DNA of 64,000 nucleotides from an uncultured Peptococcaceae bacterium. Lineage in GTDB: Bacteria; Bacillota; Dehalobacteriia; UBA4068. The stretch is taken from positions 3,334 through 67,333 of the forward strand of contig CAYJPF010000003.1 of assembly GCA_964372025.1 (NCBI GenBank), written 5' to 3'. Below are positions 46,158-55,349 of this stretch, in pieces (the stretch's first letter is position 1; each line of letters begins with the position of its first letter). Under the pieces are notes generated by a model, which was not told the origin of the DNA, did not search any database, and saw only the letters and a list, made by a program, of their open reading frames with translations. Position numbers and translations under genes: made by a program.

Positions 46158-47237
46158 TTACTTCGAGACAAGCTCAGCGACTGAGTACTTATCCAGCTTC
46201 TGGAACACAGCGTTCTCAGACATGGTGTAGTAAACAGTTTGGTTAGTGCTCTCAGTCTTGCTTTCCGAGATAAGCGAACCGCCCTCGACCATTTTGCGAA
46301 TACCGTTTGCCTTATTAAGCATAAGGATACGGTCTTTCGAACCGGTGGCCAACGGAAGGTTTCTTACATAGAAGACTCTTGCACCGTTGAGTATCTCTTG
46401 CGGGAATGTGAACGCAGCGCCCGGAGCAAATCCGTTAAACTTATCATTGTCTGTAAGCAGTTGCAGAAGAGCACTAAAAGCACCCTTTGTGCAGAGATAA
46501 GTGTCAGCATTGAGACCTTCAGAAACATCATTGAAGTTGATGCTTGCAGTGATAAGGTCATTTGCAGTCCAAGTGCCTGCAGTAGTTGTGGTGAACTTAA
46601 GGTCAGACGGAATAGCGTTATCGTTGCCATCACCGTTAATCATCGTGTAGATGACTTCATCAAGGTTCTGCGAACCAAAGCGACGAGCAAGTCTGTTCAG
46701 GTGTTCTTGAGCGATGTCTATAGTAATGCGGCGCATAGCTTCGTAGGTTTGCTTAACACCGATTGCATTTTTATAGACTTTCAGGCTCTTTTCACCTGTT
46801 TTGACTTGTACGAACGGAATGTCTGCACCCTCTGCTACGCCCTGCCACATCATCGCTTTCTTATTGCCATCAGTACCAAAGTCCATATAAGTTCCCTTAT
46901 AGGAGTCGGAAGGAATGGTGGTCTCTCCTGCGATAAGCGAAGGATAGATTATATCCTGCGGATTAGCAGTTCTGATTTCCTGAAGCACTGTGTCGATGTA
47001 TGCAGGGAACAGGATATCGTTGTTCATTGTGGACTGCGAGTAGTTGAAGATGTCATACATGTTGCTGTAGCTATCAAAGCCAGCGTTCTCCATGGCAATC
47101 TCAACGAGTCTGCGGTCGTCACCGGAAGCACGAATTTCGTCAACTTCCTTTTTGTGTACGCTTGCAACAGCGTCATCAAGCTTCATGCCCTTCGTTGCGG
47201 AAAGGTCATAAACTTCTTGTGTAAACTTAAAAGCCAT
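46158..47237 (-). CDS. major capsid protein (HK97-fold)
   Basis: 359 aa; position after protease/scaffold; strong RBS. Confidence 0.7.
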   Translation of the reverse strand: MAFKFTQEVYDLSATKGMKLDDAVASVHKKEVDEIRASGDDRRLVEIAMENAGFDSYSNMYDIFNYSQSTMNNDILFPAYIDTVLQEIRTANPQDIIYPSLIAGETTIPSDSYKGTYMDFGTDGNKKAMMWQGVAEGADIPFVQVKTGEKSLKVYKNAIGVKQTYEAMRRITIDIAQEHLNRLARRFGSQNLDEVIYTMINGDGNDNAIPSDLKFTTTTAGTWTANDLITASINFNDVSEGLNADTYLCTKGAFSALLQLLTDNDKFNGFAPGAAFTFPQEILNGARVFYVRNLPLATGSKDRILMLNKANGIRKMVEGGSLISESKTESTNQTVYYTMSENAVFQKLDKYSVAELVSK

Positions 47238-47259
47238 AATTCTATCTCCTTTCCGTCAA

Positions 47260-47670
47260 TTAGACAATTTGTACGTCAACAAACAGGTCACTTGCAGTAG
47301 ATGCTTTAGTGACAAAAGCTTTGCTGAACGGAGTGGTTTCGCCACCAGCAGCTACTTGACCGTCATTAGTGACGACAAGATTAGATATGCCCTTAGCAAG
47401 AGCAACTTTAGCCGGAAGGTTTACTGCGAAGTTGTTGTACTGAACACCGACGGTGTTTGCGCCCTCGTAGCTACGGATAACTCCGAAGAAAGCGTCAGTA
47501 GCTGCACCAGCAGCAGTTGTGCCAAAACCGACAGTGTTGTTGCCGGTCAGTGTGACAGCCAGCCCATTCTCGGGGATAGTGGTCATAGCGTCAAGTAGAG
47601 CTTTAGTGGTTGTGTCTACATACATCGTTACGATATTGTATGCAACATTCATGCTAATTGTTTGAGTCAT
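47260..47670 (-). CDS. head protein (possible decoration/scaffold-associated), 136 aa
   Basis: G/A/T-rich beta protein between protease and capsid genes. Confidence 0.45.
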   Translation of the reverse strand: MTQTISMNVAYNIVTMYVDTTTKALLDAMTTIPENGLAVTLTGNNTVGFGTTAAGAATDAFFGVIRSYEGANTVGVQYNNFAVNLPAKVALAKGISNLVVTNDGQVAAGGETTPFSKAFVTKASTASDLFVDVQIV

Positions 47671-47673
47671 GGA

Positions 47674-48987
47674 TTAGTCCTCCTTCTTAGTATTGATAAA
47701 TCGTTTTCTTTCAGCGGTCTTAGTCTCTGCGGTAGGAACACTGGCTCTGCCACCTGCATTAAGAGTAGCCTTAGCGTGAGCTTCATAGGTGTTATGCATA
47801 GCACACACGTGGTCGTAGTCTTGCAGGGTGTCAAAGGTTTTCTTAAGGGGCTTTTCGTCAAACGACTCAGCTCCATAAGCTCTTACGCCCATCTCGATAG
47901 TTTCTTTGACCTTAGCGTCATAAATCTTATCGAATTGTGCTGCTTTGCTTGCGTTAAGCTCGTTAAGAGCCTTAGCTTGTGCGTCCTCAATTACCTCGAC
48001 AGGTGCGTTCTTTCCGGCAACAGCGAAAGCGAGAAGCTGCTCTGCGGTTATTTCCTCAGTTTCAAGAGCTTCATTGACAGTCTCTGTCTCCAAAATCAAA
48101 CTACCTTCGGGGAGCGATTGAGGTTCCGGCTCGGGAGTGGGCTCAGGCTCTGCGACTGCTGTAGCCTCAGTAATCTTAGCAACAAACTCTTCTGCCGTCA
48201 TGCTTGCAAACTCTTCTTCGGTAATACCGAACTTTTCCTCAAAGATTGCATCATACTTCATTTCATCGTCCACCTCGCTTTCACTTTTAATTTCGTTGAA
48301 CATTTCTTTATATTTATCAACAGCACCGGAGTGACTGAAAATAACATCTTGTATCTTTAGACGGTCGCCTGTAAGTGCTGCTGCATACATCTCGTCTTCG
48401 ATAATCTCGTCAGCAAAGCCCCATTCAAGCACTTCTTTAGGAGTCATCCAAGTTTCTTCGTCCATCATATCGCGAAGGTCTTCTTCAGAACCCTTAAAGC
48501 GTTTCATGTACAGCGCAACCATGTTTTCCTTAATCATATCTAAGCGGTCTGCAGCCTTGCGCATATCTTCAGACTCACCCATTGCACCGCCCCATGGGTT
48601 GTGTATCATGAACATAGCGTTAGAATAAATCCTAATAGTGTCACTCGCTAAAGGGATAACAGTGCCCATGCTTGCCGCATAAGATATATCTGAAGTTATC
48701 TTGGCACCGGTTCTTTCTTTATAACGCTCAAGTACGTGAAGCAGTGCAATCCCCGCTTTGCAGGAGCCACCAAAAGTATTGATGAACAAATTCAATTTTT
48801 GAACGCTACCAAACGAGTCAAGGGCTTCCAACACGCTCACGGGAGATACGTCTTCGTCAAACCATCTTTCATCCACAATATCGCCATTGATGTGCAACTC
48901 AGCTTCGCCATAGGCGTATTGCTTAGCCATCATATACTCGTTAATCTTAACACTCTTAGGTGTTTTGAGTTTCCTCGGCATCTGCAT
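47674..48987 (-). CDS. ClpP-family prohead protease fused to scaffold-like C-terminal domain
   Basis: ISYAASMGTVIPLA...MFMIHNPWGGAMG (Ser/His ClpP motifs); acidic helical C-terminus. Confidence 0.75.
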   Translation of the reverse strand: MQMPRKLKTPKSVKINEYMMAKQYAYGEAELHINGDIVDERWFDEDVSPVSVLEALDSFGSVQKLNLFINTFGGSCKAGIALLHVLERYKERTGAKITSDISYAASMGTVIPLASDTIRIYSNAMFMIHNPWGGAMGESEDMRKAADRLDMIKENMVALYMKRFKGSEEDLRDMMDEETWMTPKEVLEWGFADEIIEDEMYAAALTGDRLKIQDVIFSHSGAVDKYKEMFNEIKSESEVDDEMKYDAIFEEKFGITEEEFASMTAEEFVAKITEATAVAEPEPTPEPEPQSLPEGSLILETETVNEALETEEITAEQLLAFAVAGKNAPVEVIEDAQAKALNELNASKAAQFDKIYDAKVKETIEMGVRAYGAESFDEKPLKKTFDTLQDYDHVCAMHNTYEAHAKATLNAGGRASVPTAETKTAERKRFINTKKED

Positions 48988-50407
48988 TTTCCTCCGTTTC
49001 TACAATTTCAGTTGTTTGGGTCGCAGTTGTATTAGTTGCTGTAGCTTCCGCAGCCGCCAGAGTAGAAAGCGATACTTTCAGGTACTCGTAAATGCCTTCG
49101 TCGTTAGTATTGTCGGCCTTATCCGCACCATGCAACACGTTAGCTGCTTCGTCTTTGGAGATATATCCATACTCTTCACTGCGCCTGTAATACTCTTGCT
49201 TCTTAAGCTCTGCGTCCCATTTGTCGATTAGCTTATCCCACTCTAAAGGAGTAGCCTCGAACTTTGCTACTGCGTTAAAGCCGTGAACTCTACACCACAT
49301 GTTTGCGATGTACTCATTAGCTCTCTTTAAGTCCTTAGCTGTAGCTTCTACGCCATCAACAAAAGCTTTAAAGGTCGCAGTACCTAATGCATACGAGCCT
49401 GTAGTCTGCCTACCCATTAGGATAGGCTGCAAGCTAAAGCTGTTGCATATAAGTGGTTCATCTACTTCAAGCCAACCTCGAATATCTATACCGCTACCAG
49501 CAAGACCACCCAACGTATCCACTTTCATGTGGTTGAATGTTAGCAAGTCACTGTCTCGCCCAATTAAAGCGAGTTGCTCTTGAGCTGAGTCGAACGCATT
49601 TTCAAGAAGCTCTTGTCTCGAAGCAAAGTCTTTTTTCTCTTCGTAAGTAGCAGTTTCAAGAATTGCGTTAGCGTCAAGCTCAATATGGTAACGAGGATAA
49701 CCAATACGGTTAAGTACCGTAGTAGCGTCCAGTATGTGCTGGTAATAAGTTGTCATTGCCTGTATCGCAGGTTCAAACTTCAACGTACCTACAGGACTGC
49801 CGACAGCAGGCTGATAGGGGAAGTAAACAAAGTTTCCATCATATAGGTCAACTCTGCTTCCATCTGTTCGTCTTTGGTAGATAGCATACCGTTGCTCTGC
49901 TTCAAGCCATACAAACGTGTCAAAAGTAGCGGGGTCTACTACAGCAATGTCCGATATCTCTTTCGCATCGTCGCTTACGATTACCTCAAAGGCAAAACCA
50001 CCTCGAGTGTAAGCACTACGCGCAAGCACGTCCATTATACCGTCTAATCCGCTACCATTGTTAAAGCCTATCTTCTCACACCAACTTCTAAACGCCGTTT
50101 CAGGTCTCTTAGTGCGTCTGCCAGTGCTCGGGTTATAAAATGTAAAGTTGCCACCACGATTGGTAAAGGTCACATAAACGTTCAAAGCGGTCTTACCGTC
50201 AGGCGTTTGTGTAACAATAGTGTCGATAGCGTCAAACTTGTTATTAGTAGAAGTGATTTGGGTTAACACATCACTTATCACTTGAGTAGATTGCCTTATA
50301 TCTCTTCTGTCAGACGGTATTTGAGAAACACGACCGGACACAAGCTCTACATTCCCATCAGCATCCACTTGTTTTGTTGCACCAAATATAGTGTCGAAAA
50401 CTCCCAA
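48956..50407 (-). CDS. portal protein
   Basis: 483 aa, position between terminase and protease, acidic C-terminal tail. Confidence 0.75.
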   Translation of the reverse strand: MGVFDTIFGATKQVDADGNVELVSGRVSQIPSDRRDIRQSTQVISDVLTQITSTNNKFDAIDTIVTQTPDGKTALNVYVTFTNRGGNFTFYNPSTGRRTKRPETAFRSWCEKIGFNNGSGLDGIMDVLARSAYTRGGFAFEVIVSDDAKEISDIAVVDPATFDTFVWLEAEQRYAIYQRRTDGSRVDLYDGNFVYFPYQPAVGSPVGTLKFEPAIQAMTTYYQHILDATTVLNRIGYPRYHIELDANAILETATYEEKKDFASRQELLENAFDSAQEQLALIGRDSDLLTFNHMKVDTLGGLAGSGIDIRGWLEVDEPLICNSFSLQPILMGRQTTGSYALGTATFKAFVDGVEATAKDLKRANEYIANMWCRVHGFNAVAKFEATPLEWDKLIDKWDAELKKQEYYRRSEEYGYISKDEAANVLHGADKADNTNDEGIYEYLKVSLSTLAAAEATATNTTATQTTEIVETEENADAEETQNT

Positions 50408-50472
50408 AAAACATCACCGCCTTTTCTTAATCCAGTTGTTCATCTCAACTTTAGCACGATTTACACTTCTTG

Positions 50473-51777
50473 TCAAGCCTTGCGCCTCGCTTTGCTGTTG
50501 ACACCGGCAACCATCCCTGTATAGTGCGCTTTAAACTCAGGAACAGAGCTGTAATCATAGTAAGTAGCATACAACGCTGAAACATAGTCATCATTTGCTT
50601 CGTTAGAGTTTGAAAACTTACCGGTCTTCTCTGACTCTGTATAGTCTTCCATCTGAAAGATAAGAGATTGTATTTCCGTACTACCATCATCGATAACCAT
50701 AATATCCTCGTTCTGAACTGCCCTTTGTAGGCTTTGAACAAGCATACGCTTTTGAGTGCCCTGCTCGCCTATTGGAGTAACATTGCAGCCACGTTTTCGC
50801 AACTGCCCCTCAACAAGCATATTACCAAGAGTAAGAACGCAAATCTCGGCATTGTTATAAGACTTAGCCCAGAACGCAACCTCGTCAAGCTGGTCATCGT
50901 CAATCTTGCCGTACATGTCTATAGCACGAACTATGTTATCAGTAGACATCTCTCGTATAACAAGCACGGGCATATCTCCACTACTACCGGATGCAGGGTC
51001 ATAACCAACGCGATACATAGTAGCTACTTTAGGTTTCTGCAAATCCTGTATTTCCTTACGAAGCTCTTCTTTAGTCTTGCCAAGGTTGGCCTCATACACA
51101 TCGTGTACGCACCGCTCCTTGAAATTAGAGAACACAGTGCCACCGCTCTCTAAAAACTCAGCTCCGAAGTCCTGTCGAGCCTCTTTTCCGTATCTGCGGT
51201 ACAAGCTTTCCTTGTAGCTAATAACCTCTCCGGTTTTAGTCTTAACAGGTTGCTTAAACTCTTTGTCTATCTCGGGGTTCTCCCAACTGGGAAGCTGATA
51301 GCTAATCCAGTTACTATCGAAGTTAGGGTGGCTTCTCTGTCCCCAAGTCCAGATATTATAAAAGAAGTTCTTGCCCAGTGGCGAACTGTTAACAACAAGT
51401 CTGCCACCTTTGCCACCGATGCCTCTGCCCGGAGATTTTAGACGTGCTTCTATGTTTCTCATAACCGTCTTTAAATCTTTAACACGAGCAGCCTCAGTGA
51501 TTGAACAGAAATCAACGCCGACACCGACAAGGCTTTGAGTATCGTATGCAGACCTGCACTCAATTACACAACCGCCGATAAGCTCCATCGTTTTAGTACC
51601 GTTGGAAATATCTACAATCCACTCTTTGGGGATAAACGCTTTGAGTTCTCTCCAGTTCTGGTTTATAATACGGTCAATAGGCGCAAGTATCCAACACAGA
51701 ATACTCGGCACGAGGGTAGGCTGTTCGATATGTCTGTTCTCGTTAAGCAACTGCATAATATCGAAAATCATCTGCAT
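50473..51777 (-). CDS. terL: terminase large subunit, 3' exon (ATPase remainder + RNaseH-like nuclease)
   Basis: IGGCVIECRSA, VDFCSITEAA (Walker B-like), nuclease motif YRVGYDPASGSSGDMPVLVI; frame open upstream only to TGA at 51803-51805, so exon 2 begins no further upstream than 51802 (likely 51790-51802). Confidence 0.8.
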   Translation of the reverse strand: MQMIFDIMQLLNENRHIEQPTLVPSILCWILAPIDRIINQNWRELKAFIPKEWIVDISNGTKTMELIGGCVIECRSAYDTQSLVGVGVDFCSITEAARVKDLKTVMRNIEARLKSPGRGIGGKGGRLVVNSSPLGKNFFYNIWTWGQRSHPNFDSNWISYQLPSWENPEIDKEFKQPVKTKTGEVISYKESLYRRYGKEARQDFGAEFLESGGTVFSNFKERCVHDVYEANLGKTKEELRKEIQDLQKPKVATMYRVGYDPASGSSGDMPVLVIREMSTDNIVRAIDMYGKIDDDQLDEVAFWAKSYNNAEICVLTLGNMLVEGQLRKRGCNVTPIGEQGTQKRMLVQSLQRAVQNEDIMVIDDGSTEIQSLIFQMEDYTESEKTGKFSNSNEANDDYVSALYATYYDYSSVPEFKAHYTGMVAGVNSKARRKA

Positions 51778-52172
51778 GTTGGTAGCACGGTCTTTCCTTT
51801 GTCATTCGCTTCAGCTCGCAACACTGAAACCGCCTTTCGGCTGCTCACTCTTTCAAGTGAGAGTGGATTATATGTCACCCCGTAAGGGTAAGGATTTTTC
51901 TTCCCGCATTAGCTTCGGGCTTTACTCTCCCGTAAGGAGATAATCTCTGAACGTCTCCCATATCTTTCGACTTAGGGCTTTCGCTGCTGAACTTCCATTG
52001 TTACTGCACTTAGCACCTTTCGGCTTTTATTTCAGCTTATGCAATCCCTACGTTTTTTCCGCTTTCGCACTTCGCACTTGCCGTTTCCAGCTTTGCTTTA
52101 GTGTAGGGCTTTAGGATTTACCAGCAATTAACTCTTAAATACGCACAAATTGCTCTGTACGCAGGGCGACTT
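51778..52172 (-). ncRNA. ORF-less structured intervening sequence in terL (candidate group I-type self-splicing intron)
   Basis: about 395 nt with stops in all frames splitting terL immediately after the P-loop-encoding region; contains GNRA hairpins (GCGAAAGC x2, GCCGAAAGGC, CUCACUU-GAAA-GAGUGAG) and the 11-nt tetraloop-receptor module CCUAAG-ucGAAAga-UAUGG. Confidence 0.6.
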
Positions 52173-52958
52173 TTACCCCGCACGTGCTCCTGCTGCTATA
52201 CATGCAAATCTTTTCTTCTGCATATCTTTGTGGAACTTCTTCTGCCACGGATAAGGCTTGTAGCTGAGAGAAGAAACTACATAGGCAACCTCTTCACCTT
52301 TTTTCTTAGCACCTTCATGTGCTTTCTTGTTGCGACACGAATGACAAGTTTTAAAATCTGAGTAACGATTAACATAAGGCTTGTAGTCTTGCTCAAATAC
52401 TGTTCCACACTCAGCACACTTTGTAAATTGTTCTCCATTTGCAAACTGCTTGTCAAGTGGGTCTACATGCCTAATGTACTTAGGAACCTCCGGTGGTTTT
52501 CCAGCCGCAGCGTCTTGATTTGCCTTAATCCTCTGCTGACGTATCGACTTGCGCAATGCAAGCATATCAGGGTGCGTTGACCCTAATGTCTCCTCAAGGC
52601 TACGCATCATCTCGTCAACGTCTTCATCAGACAGCTCTTCCTTCTCTACAACACTATCATTGTCAAACAAGTCAACCATAGAACGGTCAACATCTTCTTC
52701 ACTCATAGGCGGCGGTGCAGGCTTACGACCAATATTGCCTTCAGGTTTTGGAAGATTGCGAAGAAGGTCAGGGTTCTTATTGATAGCCATTTGTTCTTCC
52801 CGTGTACGAAGAGGGATTTTATACTTCTTCAACACATCACGCACACTCGGTCTGGAATAACCCATTCGTTCTGCAACATGAGTTATAGACATTCCATTGG
52901 AATACAGGTCGCAAATCTCTTTCTGCTCGACGTGAGTTATTTTATACGCATATCCCAT
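52173..52958 (-). CDS. terL: terminase large subunit 5' exon with N-terminal HTH + zinc-ribbon DNA-binding extension
   Basis: ends YKPYPWQKKFHKDMQKKRFACIAAGARAG-stop (TerL N-terminus/P-loop start); N-terminal ITHVAERMGYSRPSVRDVLKKY HTH; CAECG...CHSC. Confidence 0.7.
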   Translation of the reverse strand: MGYAYKITHVEQKEICDLYSNGMSITHVAERMGYSRPSVRDVLKKYKIPLRTREEQMAINKNPDLLRNLPKPEGNIGRKPAPPPMSEEDVDRSMVDLFDNDSVVEKEELSDEDVDEMMRSLEETLGSTHPDMLALRKSIRQQRIKANQDAAAGKPPEVPKYIRHVDPLDKQFANGEQFTKCAECGTVFEQDYKPYVNRYSDFKTCHSCRNKKAHEGAKKKGEEVAYVVSSLSYKPYPWQKKFHKDMQKKRFACIAAGARAG

Positions 52959-52966
52959 AAATCCCC

Positions 52967-53428
52967 CTAATCGATTTCAATGCCAAACGAACCGCCTATT
53001 GTTCGCCCATCACCTATATCCAACGCTACAGCTATTCTTGCGGCAGTACTGCCTGTGCCAACGCTGTCCATACGCATAAGGTTCTGGAGCATCTTCAAAC
53101 GCTTCTCTGCGGCTTCCATAAACAACTTGTCGTCAAACGGAGTAGCAATGTTGTCAGCTACCCTCTTGTTTTTCTCAGGGTCTATCATAACCGAAATATC
53201 GTGCCAAAGTGCATCAATCAAGTGGTTGGCCATCGCAAGCTTCTGCCCATCAAAACGAAGAGCTGCAGCTTTACGCATACTCGTTAGAGTGTCACGAGCG
53301 GCAGTTTCGTCTGCAAGAGATATGCCACTGGCATCGCTACCTACGACTAAACTGCTACCTGCTAATTTGGCTAAGCTGAGATTGTCGTCTGATACTTCAG
53401 CAAGTGCGCTGTTCTTCAAATCAACCAT
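52967..53428 (-). CDS. hypothetical protein (153 aa)
   Basis: ORF upstream of terminase; no HTH. Confidence 0.45.
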   Translation of the reverse strand: MVDLKNSALAEVSDDNLSLAKLAGSSLVVGSDASGISLADETAARDTLTSMRKAAALRFDGQKLAMANHLIDALWHDISVMIDPEKNKRVADNIATPFDDKLFMEAAEKRLKMLQNLMRMDSVGTGSTAARIAVALDIGDGRTIGGSFGIEID

Positions 53429-54473
53429 TTTGACGCTCCTCTCTTTCTGCCGCTAATGCAGCTCGTACTTCTTCGTCTTTTATCTGTCTATACAACTTAG
53501 GGTTACTGTACTTGAGGTTTATTGTAGTATTGAGTAAAGCAATCGCATCTTTGATATAAGAAGACATAGACCACAACGGCTTGCCTTTATTCTCGTATGC
53601 GTTGTTGTAATTCTTGATTATCCGTTCCATTGTAAGCGCCATCTCATACCCAATGCCAACTGTCACGTTTACGTCTCTTGTAGCTGGGCGAGGCACGTCT
53701 GCGTATGCTTCAAGAACGCTCTCTTCGTTTTCGTAAAACTCAGGCGGATGCATCCCCTCGAACTCGTTGTTCTCAAAGAAATCCTGCAATATCCTCACCA
53801 TAGCTTGACTGTACGTCAATTTGTTCAGCAAAGCCCAATGCTTAAACATTCGATTGCAGACAATGCGCTGCAAAAACACACGAGCGTCTTTTATAGATGC
53901 GTTTGCCGGAGACGCAGATGCATGGACAACTTCCTTGTAAAAATCAGTCTTCATTATAGGGGCAGGATACCTGACTGCTTTGGGTGGTGGAACAAACTCA
54001 ACGCCTGTTGCTTCAGCTTCTTGCTTAGCATCAAAATAGCTCTTAATAACATGTTTGTTCAAGCCAAAAGAAATGTGAGTGGTAAGTCCAGTTTTTTTCC
54101 GATTTGGAAGTTTTCGTTCAAAACACTCGATATACTGACACAATCCCTCAAGAGGTTCATACTGGTGAAATTCTACCATACCTGAAGCTACTATCTCAAA
54201 GGCATAGTAGTTCCAAAAGTTCGCAAAGTTATCCGCTTTCACACGTTTAAATTCAGCAAGCACATTTTTGTACATAGCCTTGCGCCTCAGCTCACCAGTG
54301 TCTACAGAAAACAGGTCTCGACTTTGCTCCGGCTCAATGAAAAGTGCGTAAAGAGGAATGTGCGATGCGGGCACAAATTCGTCACGGTCGGTAAGGAGTA
54401 AATACTTAAGGTCTGTATAACGAAGTTCATCGCCAGCGTTCTTGATTGGCTTTGAGGGCCTACGTTTAGCCAA
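53421..54473 (-). CDS. hypothetical protein (350 aa)
   Basis: ORF; no motif recognised. Confidence 0.5.
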   Translation of the reverse strand: MAKRRPSKPIKNAGDELRYTDLKYLLLTDRDEFVPASHIPLYALFIEPEQSRDLFSVDTGELRRKAMYKNVLAEFKRVKADNFANFWNYYAFEIVASGMVEFHQYEPLEGLCQYIECFERKLPNRKKTGLTTHISFGLNKHVIKSYFDAKQEAEATGVEFVPPPKAVRYPAPIMKTDFYKEVVHASASPANASIKDARVFLQRIVCNRMFKHWALLNKLTYSQAMVRILQDFFENNEFEGMHPPEFYENEESVLEAYADVPRPATRDVNVTVGIGYEMALTMERIIKNYNNAYENKGKPLWSMSSYIKDAIALLNTTINLKYSNPKLYRQIKDEEVRAALAAEREERQNG

Positions 54474-54813
54474 TCAAATCAGCCCCAGTCTCCCTTGCTT
54501 TAAGATAGTTCTCTTGCAGTTTTGCCTTGTACGCTTTAAGGCAAGTTGGGCATATTTTACGCTCAGACAAGCTGGTCTCGACACCGCAAAGGTAGCACTT
54601 ACCTTTTCCGGTACTCTTAACAGCAAACACTTGATACGGGTCTCCGAGATAAGTTACCAGTGTTTCCAGATACTCTATTTTGCTAATGGTAGGCATCCTT
54701 ACTTCGGCACTTGCTTCTTCGATAGCAGCTTCTACAACTTTCGGTTCACTCTTCTCAACTACAAAAGCCTCAGCCATAGTAGTCTCAACCGCAAAATTCT
54801 CATTTTTTTTCAA
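54466..54813 (-). CDS. zinc-ribbon protein
   Basis: CYLCG...CPTC. Confidence 0.45.
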   Translation of the reverse strand: MKKNENFAVETTMAEAFVVEKSEPKVVEAAIEEASAEVRMPTISKIEYLETLVTYLGDPYQVFAVKSTGKGKCYLCGVETSLSERKICPTCLKAYKAKLQENYLKARETGADLIG

Positions 54814-55349
54814 AATAAAAACCCTCTTTCAAATAATTTATTCTTAACAAAGGCATCAATACCCTTGCCAAACGACATTGTCGGATAACGCTGACTCATT
54901 TCAAACTTAGCCGGCTCATATCCATTCTCTAAGCTTATAAAACCGTTATACACGGCGTATAAGAAAGCAACAGACACGCTACGGCTCATACCTTGGTCGC
55001 AACAGATAAGCACATCTCTACCCATTCTACGTTGCTCGCAGACGAACTCAACAGCCGTATCCATACCCAACTTGGATATATAATCCATACTGGGTGCATC
55101 AATCAAGTTTATGGCTATCATCTTTCGTTCGGGTCTAAAAGCTACGATGTACTCTTCACTATCCTTTGGCATATTACCGTGGTAACCCTCTACAGCGTTA
55201 CCGTCAAGCTTTGCGATTTGCTTGTGTAGAGTTTTCGCCACAAAACACATCGCCTGCCCCTCTTTAGGGCTTTCCATAGCATCTATAGCATCAGAGAAAT
55301 CTCCAATATAAATGCCATCAAACACCTTCACTGCCATTTTCGTCCTCAC
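54810..55349 (-). CDS. protein-tyrosine/dual-specificity phosphatase-like protein
   Basis: VLICCDQGMSRSVSVAFLY = CX5R(S) catalytic loop. Confidence 0.6.
   Translation of the reverse strand: MRTKMAVKVFDGIYIGDFSDAIDAMESPKEGQAMCFVAKTLHKQIAKLDGNAVEGYHGNMPKDSEEYIVAFRPERKMIAINLIDAPSMDYISKLGMDTAVEFVCEQRRMGRDVLICCDQGMSRSVSVAFLYAVYNGFISLENGYEPAKFEMSQRYPTMSFGKGIDAFVKNKLFERGFLF

Noticed and set aside
46239-47300. 353-aa plus-strand ORF
   Set aside because: Antisense to the major capsid gene; no RBS; shadow ORF.
47662-48360. 232-aa plus-strand ORF
   Set aside because: Antisense to the ClpP-protease/scaffold gene; Leu/Ser/Cys-rich shadow ORF.
51778-52172. Assigning the intron to a specific group I subclass from P/Q/R/S consensus elements
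   Set aside because: Sequences loosely resembling R, S and P elements (GTTCAGAGATTAT, AAGATATGGG, AATGCGGGAAG) occur but not in the canonical 5'-to-3' order. Subclass and exact splice sites are left open.
50473-52172. Occurrence of CGTGCTAC just upstream of the terL exon-2 ATG as a third copy of the shared promoter motif
   Set aside because: No properly spaced -35 element. An 8-mer is expected by chance about twice in 64 kb on both strands.
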